Assembly (NCBI GenBank): GCA_027021705.1 | Contig: JALUTT010000088.1 | Span: 1 to 37,919 of the forward strand | DNA from: Anaerolineae bacterium | Lineage (GTDB): Bacteria > Chloroflexota > Anaerolineae > S140-20 | Direction: 5' to 3' | DNA: 37,919 bases | Shown here: in pieces, positions 35,178 to 37,919 of the stretch | How the letters are laid out: every line of letters begins with the position of its first letter | Numbering within the stretch: the first letter of the stretch is position 1 | Made by a program: the position numbers and the translations under genes | The notes under the pieces: model-generated | Told to the model about the DNA's origin: nothing | Databases searched by the model: none | The model's input: only the letters and a program-made list of their open reading frames with translations

Positions 35178-37694
35178 TCAGCGCCCTCCCCCCACCGTCG
35201 TCAGGACCATCCGGTCCGCCTCCGAGCCGTCGGCCATCCGCACCGGCCACCGTTCCATCGTGTCCAGCCAGTAGGCGCCGGCCACCACGGCGTACCGGTC
35301 GGCCACCGCCCCCTCGGGGAGGGGGAGCCGATGGCGCTGGACGATGATGTCGCTGGGCCGCCACGCCCCGACGGGCACGCCCAGCCCATCCCCCACGGCA
35401 ACCGGCCTGCCGTCCGGTCCCAGCAGGTGGGCCATCAGCGAGAGAGGGCGGGCCGGTACGTCTTCCACCCGCCAGAAGGTCCAGAGGGTCACCACCCGCC
35501 CCGTCGTAAGCTCCGTTCGGTCCAGCCGGTAGCCCAGGAAGGCCAGCGGCCCCTCGATCCGCCCCGCCTCCCAGCCCTCGAAGTCGGGCAGCCCGCCGGC
35601 CTCGACGCGGAAGAGGGCGTAGGCCGGCGAACCGTCGGGGTGCCGGGCCTGCAACTCCGGCGTGGCCCCCGGCGGCGGCGGCGCGTCCGGGGGCAACAGG
35701 TAGTCGCCGGGCCGCCTCCGGCCGTCGTCGGCCGGATAGACCCAGCTCTGCCCGCAGTCGAAGGGGATCAGCCGCAGGTCGGTGCGCCCGAAGCCGGCCC
35801 ACACCGCCTCCGGCGGGAGCAAGGGCGCAGGCGCGGCGCAGAGGGCCACCCAGGCCGGCGGCTCTCGGGGCGGTACCCTGTAGAGGAAGAGGGCGTACCC
35901 CAGCCGGGCCAGCGGCTCGTGGCTGCGGAACCAGGCGTAGGTGTTCACGTCGGGGGTGTAGACGCCTTGGAGGACCGTCGCGCCGATGGCGTAGAAGCCG
36001 GGGGCCGGATCGAAAGGGGCGAAGGGGACGGCGCGGGGGTCCGGCGGCAGGAAGTCGGCCGCCACGCCGTAGACCTGGGGGCGGGCCGGGCTGAAGTGGG
36101 CGTAGTAGACCCGCTCCACCCCCGTCGCCCGCATCCAGTCGCGCAGCTGCCCCAGGTTCTGGCCCCAGTCCAGGTTGGAGTCCACCAGGTAGCGGTAGCC
36201 CCCCGCCGGGCCGCCGGCCAGTTCGTTGAAGAAGGCCAGGTAATGGGGCGCAACGCGCCAGGTGCCGAAGAGATACCAGGCAAGCAGGACGAGAAACGTG
36301 ATGCGTGGCGCGTGAGGCGTGAGGCGCGAGGTGGGTGGTCGGGTGGTCGCTTGGTCATCTGGTCGGGCGGTCGCTCGGTCGGGTGGTCGCTTGGCCCCTG
36401 CCCCCTGCCCCTTGCCCCTTGCCCCTTGCCCCTTGCCACTTGCCACTTGCCCCTTGCCACTTGCCACTTGCCCCTTGCCACTTGGTCGGGCGGTCAGATG
36501 GTCGGCGGTCGGCGGTCGGCCGTCGGCGGTAGGCCGTCGGCGGTCCGCAGCAAGGCGGGCAACGAAGATGTAGAGGAAGGGAAGCAGGGGGAGCAGGTGC
36601 CGGTAGCCGATGTCCACGCTGCTGAAGAGGGCCGAGAGGGCGTAGAGGGCTGGGAAGAGGGTGAGGGGCGAGTTGCGAATGGCGGATTGCAGATTGCAGA
36701 TTGCAGATTGCAATTTGCAATTCGCAATTCGCAATTTACAGATTGCGGCGAAGGCGAGGAGGAGCAGCATCGGCAGGGGGGTTTTGAGGGCGAAGGCGAC
36801 GGGGAAGTAGTACCACCAGCCCCGCTCGCCGTTTTGCCCCATCAGGAAGGCCGGGTGGCCCAGCCGGTAGTGCTCCTGGAGGGAGCGGTAGATGGCCAGG
36901 TGGGTGGCCGCCGGGATGGGGAAGGGGATGCCGGGCAGAGAGGCGACCTGAAAGCCGTAGACAGCCCAGAGGGTCAGGCCGGCCAGGAGGAGCGCGACGA
37001 GGGCCGCCCCCAACCGCCGGAGGGGGGAATGGACCTGGGGAAGCAGAAGGAGCAGCAGCCCCACCGTCGGCACCAGGAGCAGGGCAGAGACCTTGGAGGC
37101 CAGGGCCATCCCCAGGGCAACGCCCACGGCCGGCAACCGTCTTGGCGAGGGCCGACGTCGGTAACGATCCAGCAGGTAAAGGGTTAAAACAATGAAAAGG
37201 GTCACCGCCATATCGGTGGTGATGAGGGAGCCGTGGGCGATGAGGTTGGGGTCGAAGGCGAGGAGGGCCAGGGCAAGGAGACCGCCCCACATTCCATAGC
37301 GGTCTGCAGCCCAGCGGAAGACCAGCGCGGCCAGGAGCATCGTCAGCAGGATGATGGGCAACCGGCCGGCCAGGGCCAGGCGGGCGGGATGAGGATACCG
37401 CCAGACCACCGCGTCGGTCACCGCCGAGAGGCTGGCGATCTCCCAGCCCTCCACCGTGCGGGGATCGGGCAGGTCCGACTGCAACAGCAGAGGTGCAGCG
37501 GCCATTACGTTAGCGAGGGGAGGGTGAATGTGGACCGGCTGCAAGCGCCAATCCCCCGTGCGCAGGGTGGTGTAGCCCACCGCCAGGTGGGGTCCTTCGT
37601 CGAAGGTGATGGACGCCGTCCAAGCGTGCCCCATCGCCTGGGCGAAGAGGGCCAGCAACAGCGAAATGGCTAGAAATCCCTTCTTGGTGCTCAA
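35178..37694 (-). CDS. GT-C (ArnT/PMT-like) membrane glycosyltransferase, paralog A
   Basis: TFDEG, HPPL, FDPNLIAHG..TTD, KTPLP, YRHLLP, YLVDSNLDWGQ; TTG start with GAGGGAGG upstream. Confidence 0.85.
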   Translation of the reverse strand: MSTKKGFLAISLLLALFAQAMGHAWTASITFDEGPHLAVGYTTLRTGDWRLQPVHIHPPLANVMAAAPLLLQSDLPDPRTVEGWEIASLSAVTDAVVWRYPHPARLALAGRLPIILLTMLLAALVFRWAADRYGMWGGLLALALLAFDPNLIAHGSLITTDMAVTLFIVLTLYLLDRYRRRPSPRRLPAVGVALGMALASKVSALLLVPTVGLLLLLLPQVHSPLRRLGAALVALLLAGLTLWAVYGFQVASLPGIPFPIPAATHLAIYRSLQEHYRLGHPAFLMGQNGERGWWYYFPVAFALKTPLPMLLLLAFAAICKLRIANCKLQSAICNLQSAIRNSPLTLFPALYALSALFSSVDIGYRHLLPLLPFLYIFVARLAADRRRPTADGRPPTADHLTARPSGKGQVASGKGQVASGKGQGARGKGQGAGAKRPPDRATARPDDQATTRPPTSRLTPHAPRITFLVLLAWYLFGTWRVAPHYLAFFNELAGGPAGGYRYLVDSNLDWGQNLGQLRDWMRATGVERVYYAHFSPARPQVYGVAADFLPPDPRAVPFAPFDPAPGFYAIGATVLQGVYTPDVNTYAWFRSHEPLARLGYALFLYRVPPREPPAWVALCAAPAPLLPPEAVWAGFGRTDLRLIPFDCGQSWVYPADDGRRRPGDYLLPPDAPPPPGATPELQARHPDGSPAYALFRVEAGGLPDFEGWEAGRIEGPLAFLGYRLDRTELTTGRVVTLWTFWRVEDVPARPLSLMAHLLGPDGRPVAVGDGLGVPVGAWRPSDIIVQRHRLPLPEGAVADRYAVVAGAYWLDTMERWPVRMADGSEADRMVLTTVGGGR
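36297..36550 (-). repeat. In-frame composite 7/8-mer cassette in paralog A, same site as in B
   Basis: Encodes ADRRRPTADGRPPTADH..(KGQVASG)2KGQGARG..SRLTPHAPRIT. Confidence 0.92.
36668..36746 (-). repeat. Second in-frame heptamer insert (TTGCAGA/TCGCAAT) in paralog A only
   Basis: Encodes ICKLRIANCKLQSAICNLQSAIRNS. Confidence 0.9.
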
Positions 37695-37772
37695 ACCCTC
37701 CCTCGCTTGCGTGAGAAATCTCCTTCCCTCCCGCAGATTCCTCGTGACCTGGGGGAGGGTGACAACGGGGAG

Positions 37773-37801
37773 ATTATAACACGCCCTTTCTCGGCAGCCA
37801 A
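37773..37801 (-). promoter_or_regulatory. Promoter of the glycosyltransferase pair
   Basis: TTGGCT-17-TATAAT with TG extension. Confidence 0.62.
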
Positions 37802-37814
37802 CCGCTCCAGATTA

Positions 37815-37843
37815 TTGTCAAATCCCCGATTTTGATGTATACT
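37815..37843 (+). promoter_or_regulatory. Divergent promoter for a gene beyond the window
   Basis: TTGTCA-17-TATACT. Confidence 0.55.
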
Positions 37844-37919
37844 AGGGCCGGTTTTGTGATCCAACCCGTCGTTCTCCCGTCTGTTCATTCCTCCTCCCGA
37901 CAACAAGAAAACAGAGCTT

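Overview
High-GC bacterial chromosome segment. Gene content and motifs such as VYLPLV suggest Chloroflexota/Anaerolineae (inference). Left: a BTAD-STAND-TPR regulator divergent from an NLR-like trio (P-loop ATPase, TPR protein, CHAT-NB-ARC-TPR protein) with near-identical 120-bp TPR repeats, then an ~84-bp palindromic tandem array and mutM. Middle: a chaperone operon (Cys-rich ORF, dnaK, grpE, class-B dnaJ, htrA-like, MerR/HspR-like, BON), an ECF sigma-DegV-small membrane protein-fabH unit, a PIN toxin-antitoxin pair and a TolB-like protein. Right: a PLP aminotransferase plus a GCS2-ligase/M20-deacylase fusion behind an unannotated Thr-rich leader-peptide attenuator, a metallophosphoesterase, a secreted FN3 protein and two paralogous GT-C glycosyltransferases. 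A shared set of 7-, 8- and 9-nt tandem repeats fills many intergenic gaps and is also inserted in frame in both glycosyltransferases. Best leads: (1) the attenuator-controlled ligase/transaminase/deacylase operon, (2) the composite microsatellite cassettes inside and between genes, (3) the CHAT-NLR cluster with shared TPR modules and an amyloid-like N-terminal motif. All family calls come from motifs read by eye; no database searches were run.
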